62,359 bases of DNA from positions 1-62,359 of the forward strand of contig JAUXCW010000001.1 of the NCBI GenBank assembly GCA_030618705.1. The letters run 5' to 3'. This DNA is from Gammaproteobacteria bacterium. GTDB taxonomy: Bacteria; Pseudomonadota; Gammaproteobacteria; Pseudomonadales; JAHEGP01. Both the position numbers and the translations under genes were made by a program. Within the stretch, counting starts at the first letter, position 1. Each line of letters starts with the position of its first letter. The notes under the pieces are model-generated. The model was given only the letters and a program-made list of their open reading frames with translations. It was not told the origin of the DNA and made no database searches. Positions 36,839 through 47,182 of this stretch are shown in pieces.

Positions 36839-38254
36839 ATGCAGGATCAAGATCGGATAGCGGTTCAGGAGCTCGCCCCGACAGAGGTCGGCGAACTCGA
36901 CCTCTACCAGAAGCGTGAGAAGATCTACACGCGTAAAATCGAGGGCCTGTACCAGCGTTACCGGCTGTTTACCGGCTGGCCCTTACTGCTGGGCTACTTC
37001 CTGCTGCCCTGGTTCAATTGGCAGGGACAACAATCCGTCTTATTCAACCTGCCGGCGCGGCAATTCAATATCTTCAGCCTCACCTTCTGGCCACAGGACT
37101 TCCCGCTCCTCGCCTGGCTGCTGATTATCGCCGCCTGGGGCCTGTTTGCCGTTACCGTCTGGGCCGGTCGTGTCTGGTGCGGCTACACCTGCCCACAAAC
37201 CGTCTGGACCAGTATTTTCATGTGGGCCGAGCAGCTGGCCGAGGGCAGCCGCAACCGGCGCATCAAACTCGACCAGAGCCCATGGAGCCTGGAAAAGGGG
37301 CTGAGAAAGCTGGCCAAGCACAGCATGTGGTTCGGCTTTGCCGCCTTCACCGGCATCACCTTTGTCGGTTATTTCTCACCGATCCGCGAGCTACTACCGA
37401 ACCTGTTCAGCTTTCACCTGAGCTCTTGGGAAGCCGCCTGGATGCTGTTCTTTACCCTTGCCACCTATATCAACGCCGGCTGGCTGCGAGAGCAGGTCTG
37501 CATGTATATGTGTCCCTATGCACGCTTCCAGTCCGTGATGTTCGACGCCGACACCCTGATCGTCTCCTACGATCCACGCCGTGGCGAACCCCGGGGCTCG
37601 CGCAAGCGCAATAGCGATAAATCCGAGCACCAATTGGGCGATTGCGTGGATTGCCAGCTGTGCGTACAGGTCTGCCCCACCGGCATCGATATCCGGGATG
37701 GCCTGCAATACCAATGTATCACCTGCGCCCTGTGCATCGACGCCTGCGATTCAGTCATGGAGAAAATGGACTACGACCCCGGGCTCATTCGCTACACTAC
37801 CGAAAACGCTCTCGAGGGCATACCCAGTCGTGTGCTGAGACCCCGTCTGATCGGCTACATCGCGGGGATACTGGTCATGATCGCCCTGTTCAGCTATACC
37901 GTCGCATCCAGGGTGCCGTTGCGTGTGGACGTACTGCGGGATCGCAACCAGCTCTACAGCGAAACAAGCGACGGCTTGATAGAAAACACCTACACCCTCA
38001 AAATTTTGAATATGGACCAGTCGCCCCACCAATACACCCTCAGCGTCGAGAGCCCACACGCGTTGAAATGGATTGGCGAGCAGGCCGTTGCGGTCGAAGC
38101 GGGCGGTGTATATACCCTTCCAATGCGACTGCAGGCAAACCCCGACGACATGCGCAGCCCGGGAATGGATATCGAGTTTGTGGTAACAAACAGCGACGAT
38201 CCGGACCAGAAAGCCAGCACCGAAAGCCGTTTTATCGGCGCCACCAGCAGGTAG
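36839..38254 (+). CDS. ccoG: cbb3 oxidase accessory protein CcoG (FixG, 4Fe-4S ferredoxin-type)
   Basis: CGYTCPQ, CMYMCPYARFQ and CVDCQLCVQVCPTGIDIR...CITCALCIDAC cluster motifs. Confidence 0.9.
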   Translation: MQDQDRIAVQELAPTEVGELDLYQKREKIYTRKIEGLYQRYRLFTGWPLLLGYFLLPWFNWQGQQSVLFNLPARQFNIFSLTFWPQDFPLLAWLLIIAAWGLFAVTVWAGRVWCGYTCPQTVWTSIFMWAEQLAEGSRNRRIKLDQSPWSLEKGLRKLAKHSMWFGFAAFTGITFVGYFSPIRELLPNLFSFHLSSWEAAWMLFFTLATYINAGWLREQVCMYMCPYARFQSVMFDADTLIVSYDPRRGEPRGSRKRNSDKSEHQLGDCVDCQLCVQVCPTGIDIRDGLQYQCITCALCIDACDSVMEKMDYDPGLIRYTTENALEGIPSRVLRPRLIGYIAGILVMIALFSYTVASRVPLRVDVLRDRNQLYSETSDGLIENTYTLKILNMDQSPHQYTLSVESPHALKWIGEQAVAVEAGGVYTLPMRLQANPDDMRSPGMDIEFVVTNSDDPDQKASTESRFIGATSR

Positions 38255-38257
38255 ACC

Positions 38258-38767
38258 ATGGGCGAACAGGACAATACAACAACACCCTGGTACCGGCAAT
38301 TCTGGCCCTGGCTGCTGATATCCATTCCCGGGATCACCGTCATCGCCGGTATCGCCACTATCTGGCTTGCCTCCAGCGAACCGGTTGCCCTGGTGCGGGA
38401 CGATTATTACAAGGAGGGAATGGCGGTCAACCGGGTCCTCGCAAAAGCCCGTGCGGCACAGGAGCGGGGTCTGAGCGTGCAACTGGAATTCGACGCCGCT
38501 GGACAAGGGGTGATCGCAAAAATGTCCGGCGACTTCAGCGGCAGCGAGGTGCAACTGGATTTTATTCACCCCCTTGAGATCAACCGCGATCAATCCGTCA
38601 CCTTGCACAAGCAGGAGAACGGCGACTTTGTGGGCACCCTGCCGGTCAAACCGGATCGCTGGTACCTGCAACTGGAGGGAAGCGGCCAGGGTAGTCCCTG
38701 GCGACTGAAGGGCGAAATCGATTTGCGCCGGGGATCCTCCACAAGCATGCAAGCAGACCGGGGTTAA
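38258..38767 (+). CDS. ccoH: FixH/CcoH family protein
   Basis: PWYRQFWPWLLISIPGITVIAG...VRDDYYKEGMAVNR. Position between ccoG and ccoI. Confidence 0.8.
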   Translation: MGEQDNTTTPWYRQFWPWLLISIPGITVIAGIATIWLASSEPVALVRDDYYKEGMAVNRVLAKARAAQERGLSVQLEFDAAGQGVIAKMSGDFSGSEVQLDFIHPLEINRDQSVTLHKQENGDFVGTLPVKPDRWYLQLEGSGQGSPWRLKGEIDLRRGSSTSMQADRG

Positions 38768-38779
38768 ACCCCGGTATTC

Positions 38780-41206
38780 ATGGTCACAGCCACCCCCTGC
38801 TACCACTGCGGCCTGTCTGTCGCAAGGCCCGGCCAATTTACCCTGCAACAGGACAGCCAATCACTGGAATTTTGCTGTCCGGCCTGCCGGGCCGTGGCCA
38901 ATACCATACTCGACAGTGGCCTGGGTAAGTATTACGACTATCGCAGCGAAACAGCAGTCCAGGCGGAGCAGGCCGATGACCGGCTCGATTACAGCCTCTA
39001 TGACCGCCCGGAGTTCCAGCAGGACTTTGTCAGCGACGAGGGGCAGGGCAAGACCGCCGTACTCAATATCCAGGGCATCACCTGCGCGGCTTGCAGCTGG
39101 CTGATCGAGCACAGGCTAGGCGCTATCGACGGCGTCGAACACGCCCATGTCAATGTCGCCAAACACCGGGCAAGCCTCAGCTACGACCCGCAACGAGTAG
39201 CGCTCTCAAAAATATTTCACACCATCAGCGCAATCGGCTATAGCCCCTCGCCCTGGTCGGCCAGCGGCGAACAAAAATTGCTGGAGACCGAACAGCGCCA
39301 GGCCTTGCGCCGGCTGGGTGTTGCTGGCATCGGCATGATGCAGGTCGGCATGTATGCCGTGGCCCTGCACGCGGGAGCCCTGCAAGGCATCGCCGACCAC
39401 TACCGCGACTTTCTACGCATCGTCAGCCTGGTGATCGCCACCGCCGTGGTGTTCTATGCCGCACGCCCGTTCTTCCAGTCCGCCTGGCGCAATATAAAAA
39501 ATCGCAGCCTGGGGATGGATGTGCCGGTGTCCATCGCCATCGGCCTGGCCTATGCCGCCAGTTGCTGGGCTACCTTCAGCGGGGGCGAGGATGTCTACTT
39601 CGACTCGGTGGCCATGTTCACATTTTTCCTGCTGGCGACGCGCTACCTGGAAGCCCGTGCGCGGCAGCGCAACCAGCTGTTATCCCAGGGCCTGGCCTCT
39701 ATAACTCCTCGCTATGCCTGGCGGCTCGACAGTGCCGGGCCGGCCGCCGTGCAAATCCCCGTCGCCGATCTCGCCAGCGGCGACCTCATCCTGGTCAAAT
39801 CGGGAGACATCATCCCCGCCGACGGGGTCGTCGAGGAGGGTCACAGCAGTGTCGATGAATCCGCCTTTAACGGCGAATACCTTCCCCTGGCAAAGGAACC
39901 CGGTGACGAGGTCACCGCGGGGACCATCAATGCCGACGGCGTACTCACTGTCCGCGTGAGAGAAACCGGCAGCAACACGCGGCTGGCCCTGATCTCCCGC
40001 CTGCTGGAACGCGCCCAGCAGGAAAAACCCCGTGCGGCGCAACTCGCCGACCGCCTGGCGGGTATTTTTGTCACGGTCGTCCTGCTCTGCGCCACGCTGG
40101 CGGCATTCTGGTGGATGCAACACGCTCCGGAGCGCGCTCTGCAGGTTGCCTTGTCCGTGCTGGTGGTAAGCTGTCCCTGCGCACTGTCCCTGGCCACACC
40201 GGCCGCCCTGACCAGCGCCCTGGCCGCGCTGAAAGCCCGCGGAGTGCTTCTCAGCCGTAGCACCATGCTGGAACAACTGCCCGCGGCCACCTTGTTCGCC
40301 TTTGATAAAACCGGCACTCTTACCAGCGGTCGACTGCAGCTCGAGACTACCCGGCCACTGGCCGACCTGCCCAGGGAGCAGTGCATCGCCATCGCCAGTG
40401 CCCTGGAGCGCTACTCCAATCACCCGATTGCCCGCGCTTTCGCCGCAACACCCTCCGCCCTGGTCGCCGGGTCCGTCGAGCTTGTCAGTGGCAAGGGCAT
40501 AGGCGGTACTATCGACGGGGTCCGCTACCATATCGGCAGCCCGGAATTTATCGGCGCCGGTGCCCGGAGTGAACAGGCCGACCTGCCCCCGGCCAATTCC
40601 AACCCCCGGATCTTCCTCGCCAGCGAGGGGCAATTACTGGCGGTATTCGAACTCTACGACCCGATCAGGCCATCCGCCGCCGGTGTCCTGCAGACACTGC
40701 GACAACGTGGGTTTACCACGGTGATCCTGTCCGGGGATTCCTCCGCCGCCGTGCCCGCCGTGGCAGCCGCCACCGGGGTCAGCGAATACTACGGCGGCAT
40801 GAGCCCGGCAGACAAACTCGCCCGAATCCAGCAGTGGCAAAGCGAGGGCCAGCGCGTGGTCATGGTGGGCGACGGCGTCAACGATGTTCCTGTACTGGCC
40901 GCGGCGGATATGTCCGTGGCCATGGTCGACGCCAACGAACTGGCCAAAGCCAGTGCGGACTGTCTACTGCTGAGCGGCGACCTGAATCGCCTGCTGGCAA
41001 CCCTGGATATCGCAATCCGCACCCGCCGGATTATCGTGCAGAACCTGGCCTGGGCCCTGCTGTACAATGTGATCGGAATCCCGCTGGCCGCCGGCGGGAT
41101 GATAGCGCCCTGGCTCGCGGCCATCGGCATGTCCGGCAGCTCCCTGATCGTGGTGGGCAATGCCCTGCGACTGACAAAGGCACCGGGAAAATCCTCCCAT
41201 GGATAG
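38780..41206 (+). CDS. ccoI: copper-translocating P1B-type ATPase CcoI (FixI)
   Basis: CYHCG and CCPAC N-terminal motifs, GITCAAC HMA site, CPC in TM6, DKTGTLT, GDGVNDVP. Confidence 0.9.
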   Translation: MVTATPCYHCGLSVARPGQFTLQQDSQSLEFCCPACRAVANTILDSGLGKYYDYRSETAVQAEQADDRLDYSLYDRPEFQQDFVSDEGQGKTAVLNIQGITCAACSWLIEHRLGAIDGVEHAHVNVAKHRASLSYDPQRVALSKIFHTISAIGYSPSPWSASGEQKLLETEQRQALRRLGVAGIGMMQVGMYAVALHAGALQGIADHYRDFLRIVSLVIATAVVFYAARPFFQSAWRNIKNRSLGMDVPVSIAIGLAYAASCWATFSGGEDVYFDSVAMFTFFLLATRYLEARARQRNQLLSQGLASITPRYAWRLDSAGPAAVQIPVADLASGDLILVKSGDIIPADGVVEEGHSSVDESAFNGEYLPLAKEPGDEVTAGTINADGVLTVRVRETGSNTRLALISRLLERAQQEKPRAAQLADRLAGIFVTVVLLCATLAAFWWMQHAPERALQVALSVLVVSCPCALSLATPAALTSALAALKARGVLLSRSTMLEQLPAATLFAFDKTGTLTSGRLQLETTRPLADLPREQCIAIASALERYSNHPIARAFAATPSALVAGSVELVSGKGIGGTIDGVRYHIGSPEFIGAGARSEQADLPPANSNPRIFLASEGQLLAVFELYDPIRPSAAGVLQTLRQRGFTTVILSGDSSAAVPAVAAATGVSEYYGGMSPADKLARIQQWQSEGQRVVMVGDGVNDVPVLAAADMSVAMVDANELAKASADCLLLSGDLNRLLATLDIAIRTRRIIVQNLAWALLYNVIGIPLAAGGMIAPWLAAIGMSGSSLIVVGNALRLTKAPGKSSHG

Positions 41207-41390
41207 TTTAATCATTCTCATCCCCATCGCGCTGTTGTTCACTGTGATAGCCGTCGCCACCTTTTTCTGGGCGGTAAACTCCGGCCAGTACGATGACCTC
41301 GACCGCTCTGCCAGCGAAATCCTGTTCGACGAGGAAGCCGGCGATAGCGAGGACGACCGCGACCTTGAAGCGGAGAAAAATGATCTATGA
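41199..41390 (+). CDS. ccoS: cbb3-type oxidase maturation protein CcoS (FixS)
   Basis: MDSLIILIPIALLFTVIAVATFFWAVNSGQYDDLD. Overlaps the ccoI stop. Confidence 0.9.
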   Translation: MDSLIILIPIALLFTVIAVATFFWAVNSGQYDDLDRSASEILFDEEAGDSEDDRDLEAEKNDL

Positions 41391-42097
41391 TCAGTTACGC
41401 TGACGCGGCTGCCGCACTTACCATTGGGCTAATGGGAAGCAGCCACTGCGCGGCGATGTGCGGTGGCATTGCCGGCGCCGTCAGCCTCGGCATCGATGAG
41501 CAGCGTCAAAACCGGGTTCTGGCGATCGCCGCATTCCACCTCGGGCGCATTTTATCCTACGCCCTGATCGGCCTGGCCCTGGGCAGCGTGGTGGTATACG
41601 CCGCCGCCGGGTTCAAACCCCTGTCCATAGCCCTGCGCATCATTGCCGCCGGACTGCTTATCTCGATGGGCCTGTACATTGCCGGCTGGTGGCGTGGTCT
41701 GACGATGCTCGAACGGGTGGGGGTACCGCTGTGGTCTCGCCTGCAACCCCTGACAAAGCGCCTGCTGCCGGTAAGATCCGCCGCCGGCGCCCTGCTGCTG
41801 GGCGGGCTGTGGGGCTGGCTTCCCTGCGGCCTGGTCTACAGTACCTTGAGCTGGGCGGTGAGCGCCGACAGTACGCTCGGCGCGGCAGGCAGAATGCTGT
41901 TTTTCGGTATCGGCACACTGCCGGCCATGCTTACCATGAGCCTGGCCGCGGAGACCAGCCGACGCCTGCTGCAAAAACAGAGCACCCGCCGGGTGGCGGG
42001 TATACTGCTAATCGGCTTCGGGCTATGGACCCTGGTCACGCCCATCCAACAATTAAGCGGTGGCCACGACATGTCCGGCCACCAGCATCGGCACTAA
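41387..42097 (+). CDS. TauE/SafE- or DsbD_2-like membrane protein commonly following ccoS
   Basis: Six TM segments, GSSHCAAMCGGIAG motif. ATGA overlap with ccoS. Confidence 0.6.
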   Translation: MISYADAAAALTIGLMGSSHCAAMCGGIAGAVSLGIDEQRQNRVLAIAAFHLGRILSYALIGLALGSVVVYAAAGFKPLSIALRIIAAGLLISMGLYIAGWWRGLTMLERVGVPLWSRLQPLTKRLLPVRSAAGALLLGGLWGWLPCGLVYSTLSWAVSADSTLGAAGRMLFFGIGTLPAMLTMSLAAETSRRLLQKQSTRRVAGILLIGFGLWTLVTPIQQLSGGHDMSGHQHRH

Positions 42098-42134
42098 TTC
42101 TGGTGGCGGCAGCCGAATTGCCGCCACGGGAGCA

Positions 42135-42148
42135 TTGATATACGTCAA
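42135..42148 (+). promoter_or_regulatory. FNR/Anr box upstream of hemN
   Basis: TTGAT-ATAC-GTCAA with a perfect TATAAT at 42170-42175 (box centre about -40.5/-41.5). Confidence 0.75.
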
Positions 42149-42204
42149 TGCGGCAAAAATCAGGCCAGCTATAATCCCCCTTTTAAATGTTCCGACTGCC
42201 CCCT

Positions 42205-43614
42205 ATGGCCCATCCAATCCAGCAATCCCCGGCCGACCCGGACTGGGATATCAACCTTATCCGCAACTACGATGTTGCGGGCCCGAGGTACACATCCTAT
42301 CCCACTGCCAATTTGTTTAACGAATCCTTTACCGCAGAGGACTACGTCAAGCTGGCCGAGGGCGAGCAGAGCAATATTTCACCCATGTCCCTCTACGTGC
42401 ATGTGCCGTTCTGCCGCGACATCTGCTACTACTGCGCCTGCAACAAAATCGTTACCCGTAAGCACCATCTGGTGCGGCAGTATCTCGACGCGCTCAGCCT
42501 GGAGATGGAACTGCGAGGGGCATTGCACAGTCATCGGCCGGTAAGCCAGTTGCACCTCGGTGGTGGAACACCGACCTACCTGAAGGAAGCCGAGCTGACC
42601 GAATTGATGCACCATCTCAGCACCCACTTTCGCCTCAGCGACAAGGAAACCCGGGAATACAGCATCGAAATCGATCCGCGCACGGTAACAGAGGACACCA
42701 TCGCCCTGTTAAAGGGGCTGGGCTTCAACCGTATCAGCATGGGAATCCAGGATTTCGACCCCCTGGTGCAGCAGTCGATTAACCGCACACAGTCACCGGC
42801 CATGGTCGCGGGCCTGGTGCAGAACATTCGCGATCACCATTTCACATCGCTGAGCTTCGACCTGATATACGGTTTACCCAACCAGAGCGTCACTTCGTTT
42901 AAGCACACAGTCGACCGGGTCATAGAGATGTCGCCGGATCGAATCGCGCTGTACAACTACGCCCACCTGCCGTCACTTTTCTCCAACCAGCGGGCCATTG
43001 ATCGCCAGACGCTGCCCAGCGCCGACACCAAGCTGGCAATTCTCGAGTACGTCGGTCGTCGGCTGATCGATGCCGGCTACGACTATATCGGTATGGATCA
43101 CTTCGTGCGGCCCGGGGATGAACTGGAGATAGCGCGCCAGAACAACCGGCTACAGCGCAACTTCCAGGGTTACTCCACTTGCCTGGCTACCGACCTCATA
43201 GGCCTGGGGCCCTCCGCCATCAGCCAGTTCGGCGACAGCTTCTCACAGAACGCCAAAGACCTCGACCCCTGGTCCGAGGTCATCGAACAGGGGAAGCTGC
43301 CCATCATACGTGGGCTGCAGGTCACGGAAGAGGATAAATTGCGCAAACACGTAATCATGTCCCTGGCTTGCCAGTTGACCCTGGATATCGCCGCCACCGA
43401 GCAACAATTCGGCATCGATTTCAACCAGCATTTCGCCGAATCCCTCGCCTCGATGGGCGACTTCGAGCGGGACGGCCTGGTGGAGATCACCCCCCGTCAT
43501 ATCAATGTCAGCAAGCGAGGCCGATTATTGCTGCGCAATATCTGCATGAGTTTTGATCAGTATATCCAGGCTGGGCGCGGGCAGGGCCCGGGGCGCTTTT
43601 CACGAACCATCTAG
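42205..43614 (+). CDS. hemN: oxygen-independent coproporphyrinogen III oxidase (radical SAM)
   Basis: YDVAGPRYTSYPTA, HVPFCRDICYYCACN (CxxxCxxC), GGGTPTYL. Start set at MAHPIQQ (42205), downstream of the predicted promoter. Confidence 0.9.
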   Translation: MAHPIQQSPADPDWDINLIRNYDVAGPRYTSYPTANLFNESFTAEDYVKLAEGEQSNISPMSLYVHVPFCRDICYYCACNKIVTRKHHLVRQYLDALSLEMELRGALHSHRPVSQLHLGGGTPTYLKEAELTELMHHLSTHFRLSDKETREYSIEIDPRTVTEDTIALLKGLGFNRISMGIQDFDPLVQQSINRTQSPAMVAGLVQNIRDHHFTSLSFDLIYGLPNQSVTSFKHTVDRVIEMSPDRIALYNYAHLPSLFSNQRAIDRQTLPSADTKLAILEYVGRRLIDAGYDYIGMDHFVRPGDELEIARQNNRLQRNFQGYSTCLATDLIGLGPSAISQFGDSFSQNAKDLDPWSEVIEQGKLPIIRGLQVTEEDKLRKHVIMSLACQLTLDIAATEQQFGIDFNQHFAESLASMGDFERDGLVEITPRHINVSKRGRLLLRNICMSFDQYIQAGRGQGPGRFSRTI

Positions 43615-43804
43615 TACTCGTACCCTACCGGTATGCCAACCCCCGGCAAAAAATCCGGCTCTTCTGGACGAGCGCCCTCTAACAGGGGATAATCCAAAAT
43701 CAGCTAACGTGTAAAGTAGCGGTTTTTGTTTTGCTGTAGGATACACAAGCACACCAAGTACCCCTATAATACCAGCGCTTATTCAGTTTGCGGTTGGAGC
43801 ATGC

Positions 43805-44551
43805 ATGAGTTCAAACATCGCAGAGTCGAAACAGGTGGGTAATTTCTGTACTCACGATTACAGGGTTAATTGCAGCGATTGCCGTTTAAACAGCATTTGC
43901 TTGCCCATTGCACTCGAAGCGCAGGATATTGAACGCCTCGACAAGATCATTCAACGCAGTAAACCACTGCACAAAGGTGAGCACGTTCACCGGGAAAACG
44001 AACCTTTCACCTCTGTCTACGCGGTGCGCTCCGGCTGCCTCAAGGCCTACAAGATTACCGGCGACGGCAAAGAGCAAGTCACCGGTTTCCACTTCCCTGG
44101 TGAGTTGTTCGGGGTCGACGGCATCGCCAAGAACAGCCATATGGTCTCCGCCAAGGCTCTGGAGACCTCGGCCATCTGCGAAATACCCTTCAAGCGACTG
44201 GAGGAGTTGAGCACCAAACTACCTAGTCTGCAGCGGCACTTCTTCCGGCTCATGAGCCAGGAAATTGCCGAGGACCAGCAACTCATCACCTTGCTCAGCA
44301 AGAGTTCAGCCGAGCAGCGCGTCGCCGCATTACTCATCAGTATTTCGAGTCGCAGCGCCAAATTAAAGCTGTCTGCCACGGCCTTTCGCCTGCCCATGTC
44401 TCGCACCGATATAGGCAATTATCTCGGTCTCACGGTCGAAACCGTCAGCCGTATTTTCAGCCGTTTCCAGAAAGCTGAAATGCTGCGCGTGGAGAACAAG
44501 GAAATCTGTATTTTGCAAATAGAAGAAATGCAGCAATTGGCGGGCTTGTAG
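43805..44551 (+). CDS. fnr: FNR/Anr-type CRP-family oxygen-sensing regulator
   Basis: N-terminal Cys cluster (FCTHDYRVNCSDCRLNSIC plus an internal Cys), a cNMP-like domain, and the C-terminal HTH with RTDIGNYLGLTVETVSRIFSRF (E--SR recognition motif). Confidence 0.9.
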   Translation: MSSNIAESKQVGNFCTHDYRVNCSDCRLNSICLPIALEAQDIERLDKIIQRSKPLHKGEHVHRENEPFTSVYAVRSGCLKAYKITGDGKEQVTGFHFPGELFGVDGIAKNSHMVSAKALETSAICEIPFKRLEELSTKLPSLQRHFFRLMSQEIAEDQQLITLLSKSSAEQRVAALLISISSRSAKLKLSATAFRLPMSRTDIGNYLGLTVETVSRIFSRFQKAEMLRVENKEICILQIEEMQQLAGL

Positions 44552-44604
44552 CCACTCATGGAAGACCGCCCACGATAATAACGAATTAAACAGAGGAAGC
44601 AGGG

Positions 44605-45204
44605 ATGATCGGTAAAGCAATCGGTATTATGTTTCGGCCCCGCAACACCTGGCAAGCGGTCGCCGATCTATCGGATGCGCAGCTCAAACCCTACATCCTC
44701 TACCCCGCCCTGCTCGCGATACTCCCCGCCTACGCCTGGTATTACGGCACCACCCAGGTCGGCTGGAGCATCGTAGGCAAGGAGCCGGTGAAATTAACCG
44801 CCGACAGTGCCATGTTCATCGCCATACTTTTTTACCTGGCCCAGGTCATCGCCATCTGGATGGTGGGCTATTTCGTGCACTGGATGTCTGAAACCTACGG
44901 GGCGGAGTCGACCCCGACCAGGGGCCTCGCCGTTTCCGGTCTCTGCGCAACACCTATCCTGTTATCCGGCATCTTCGGGTTCTACCCGTTGTTCTGGCTG
45001 GACTTTTTGGTCGGCCTCTCAGCAGTGAGTTACGCCGTATACCTGCTCTACCTCGGCATCCCTATCGTCATGCGTATTCCGGAGGAGCGCGGCTTCCTGT
45101 TTGCCAGCGCCGTGGCGGCGGTCGGTCTGGTCATGGCTATCATCATCATGGGCGCCACGGTGATGCTGTGGGATATGGGATTCGCACCCTCCTTTACTGA
45201 CTGA
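44605..45204 (+). CDS. Yip1-family membrane protein
   Basis: About 5 TM segments. The N-terminus MIGKAIGIMFRPRNTWQAV and overall topology resemble Yip1/DUF1282 proteins. Confidence 0.55.
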   Translation: MIGKAIGIMFRPRNTWQAVADLSDAQLKPYILYPALLAILPAYAWYYGTTQVGWSIVGKEPVKLTADSAMFIAILFYLAQVIAIWMVGYFVHWMSETYGAESTPTRGLAVSGLCATPILLSGIFGFYPLFWLDFLVGLSAVSYAVYLLYLGIPIVMRIPEERGFLFASAVAAVGLVMAIIIMGATVMLWDMGFAPSFTD

Positions 45205-45413
45205 TCCACACTTCCTGCCAGTCTCATCATGGCGCGGGCCGCGCATCCACAGCGCCGCCCGGCCCTGACCCTTGTTAGCACAGTCAATTCGCGAAAAACC
45301 CCAACCAGCGCACAAATCCGACCGCGAGCCGCACTGGCCCGGGGTCTTTTTTTTGCGTTTTATCCATCCCGCTGCCAATACTTAAGCAACCCAGTGCAGA
45401 TGGAAATCGACAG

Positions 45414-45884
45414 ATGGATTCACGCTGTCGCTGTATCGAACATTTAATTTTGCGCCCGACCCTGCGACTGCTCGATGCGGAGTCCGATGCTGCCGTGACC
45501 CTGTTACTGGGCACCGGGCTCGCCGAAACCGGATTCGGCACCCCGCAACCGGGCATGCATGGTTTTTTTGCCATCACAACTGCACAGCACCGCCGCGCCT
45601 GGGATGAATACCTGGCGTTCAGGCCGGAGCGCGCCAGCCTGGTTCGCGGCCTGGCCAGCCCCATCGCATTCCTCCAGGACCCCGATGCCGAGCTGGATCG
45701 AAACCCGGCCTATGCGACAGCTATTGCCTGGATAATCTATGAAGCCGACGGCGTAAACCCGGAACTCGCCGGGACCGGCCAGGCACTGGCCGGAGTCTGG
45801 CGCGAGGTCTACCACCCCGGTGAAGAACCGGATCTCACCATCGCCGGTCGCTATTGGCAGGACATCGACCGCGACGCGGCCTGA
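45414..45884 (+). CDS. hypothetical protein (weak lysozyme/SLT-like motifs)
   Basis: LLLGTGLAETGF...GFFAITTAQH is only loosely reminiscent of transglycosylase ES / GLMQ motifs. Start uncertain. Confidence 0.35.
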   Translation: MDSRCRCIEHLILRPTLRLLDAESDAAVTLLLGTGLAETGFGTPQPGMHGFFAITTAQHRRAWDEYLAFRPERASLVRGLASPIAFLQDPDAELDRNPAYATAIAWIIYEADGVNPELAGTGQALAGVWREVYHPGEEPDLTIAGRYWQDIDRDAA

Positions 45885-45896
45885 TACCACCCGCAC

Positions 45897-46517
45897 TCAG
45901 TAATCCAGTTCAAACCTCTCCAGGTGCACCAGGTCCTCCGGTCGGTCGATATCCGGCAGGGGCTCAAGTGCATGCCAGCTCCACCCCAGGGCAGCGATCC
46001 TGCCGAGGGTGATCTCGCAGACCGTCGCCCCGCCCCATTCCATGTCGGTGAACAGCGAACTGTCATAGCGGCGCAAGCCCAGGGCGACATAGCCACCGTC
46101 AAGGGCAGGAATAAGCACGGCATCATGTTTTTCCAGGCCGGCCAACAGGCGATGGTAGTGCTCCGGACCCAGGCCCGGACAATCACTGCCGCTGATCAAT
46201 ACACGGCCATAGCCCCGGGCAAAATTATCGCGAAAAGCCTGTGCCATTCGCTGCCCAAGATCGCCTTCGCATTGACGATGCTCGGATACACCCGGTGTGG
46301 CGAATGGGCTGGCCGCGGCCGTCTCGCCGTCCAGCCATAGCTGCACGTCACTGGTGGCTGCCAGCACCATCTGTTCGAGGCAATGTCGCGTCATCGCGCT
46401 GTGAAGACGGCACGCCCGCTCTGCGCCCAGCGCCGGAATCAAGCGGGTTTTGACCCTGCCCGCCAGGGGAATACGGCTAAACAGCATAGCGACCGAATAC
46501 AGGGGCGCCGGAGTCAA
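45897..46517 (-). CDS. DUF2064 / TIGR04282-like transferase ('transferase 1, rSAM/selenodomain-associated'; now named arsenosugar-biosynthesis glycosyltransferase)
   Basis: VAMLFSRIPLAGRVKTRLIPALGAERACRLHSAM is the family's N-terminal nucleotide-transferase-like motif. Proposed TTG start at 46517 overlaps the upstream stop (TTGA). The ORF-track start at 46580 is the alternative. Confidence 0.6.
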   Translation of the reverse strand: MTPAPLYSVAMLFSRIPLAGRVKTRLIPALGAERACRLHSAMTRHCLEQMVLAATSDVQLWLDGETAAASPFATPGVSEHRQCEGDLGQRMAQAFRDNFARGYGRVLISGSDCPGLGPEHYHRLLAGLEKHDAVLIPALDGGYVALGLRRYDSSLFTDMEWGGATVCEITLGRIAALGWSWHALEPLPDIDRPEDLVHLERFELDY

Positions 46518-47179
46518 CGGTATTGCCGTGCCAGCCAACGCGGGCTGGCACCCAAAAAATACAACAAACGCAACCGCCACATCAGCAATACGGTGCGCAA
46601 CACACCGCCGCTCTCCCAGCGCCGGCTCGAGGTTTGCAGCGGCAAGGCGACAAACCCTGGCGGTGCGACAGCACGCAATCGTTTGGACAACTCGACATCC
46701 TCCATCAAGGGCTGGTCGACAAATCCGCCCAGAGCCTGGAACAAGCCACGCCGGACAAATATTCCCTGGTCACCGGTAGCCACCGCCGTGATACGGCTGC
46801 GGCAGACGATCAGGCGCTCGATAAGGCGAAACACCCGCCGCTCACCACTGAGCACAAGGCCAAAAAATCCCCAATCTTCAGCCGCGGTTATCGCCTCGAG
46901 ATAGGCGCCGCCGGGAGCCAGCAGGACACTGTCCGCATGCAGGAACCAGAGCCATTCGCCCCGCGCAACGGCGGCGCCCGCATTCATCTGGATGGCGCGA
47001 CCGGCGGAATGCCGGAGGACTTGATCAGCCAGGGGCAGCGCCCTCTCCCCGGTGCCGTCGCAACTACCGCCATCCACCACGATCAGCTCGACTTCGTCGT
47101 GGCCCAGCCTTCCCAGCAGAGACTCGACCACCGCCGCTTCGTTCAGGGTGGGTATGATAATACTGACTCTGGGACACAC
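46514..47179 (-). CDS. GT2-fold transferase, TIGR04283-like ('transferase 2, rSAM/selenodomain-associated')
   Basis: VSIIIPTLNEAAVVESLL GT-A motif, VVDGGSCDGT, LHADSVL. Starts 3 nt after the rSAM gene's stop. Confidence 0.65.
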   Translation of the reverse strand: MCPRVSIIIPTLNEAAVVESLLGRLGHDEVELIVVDGGSCDGTGERALPLADQVLRHSAGRAIQMNAGAAVARGEWLWFLHADSVLLAPGGAYLEAITAAEDWGFFGLVLSGERRVFRLIERLIVCRSRITAVATGDQGIFVRRGLFQALGGFVDQPLMEDVELSKRLRAVAPPGFVALPLQTSSRRWESGGVLRTVLLMWRLRLLYFLGASPRWLARQYR

Positions 47180-47182
47180 TAC

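Noticed and set aside
45320-45356. A possible intrinsic terminator or sRNA 3' end (GC-rich segment followed by T8) downstream of the Yip1-like gene.
   Set aside because: I could not draw a convincing stem (only about 4-6 imperfect pairs) preceding the T-run, so it was left unannotated.
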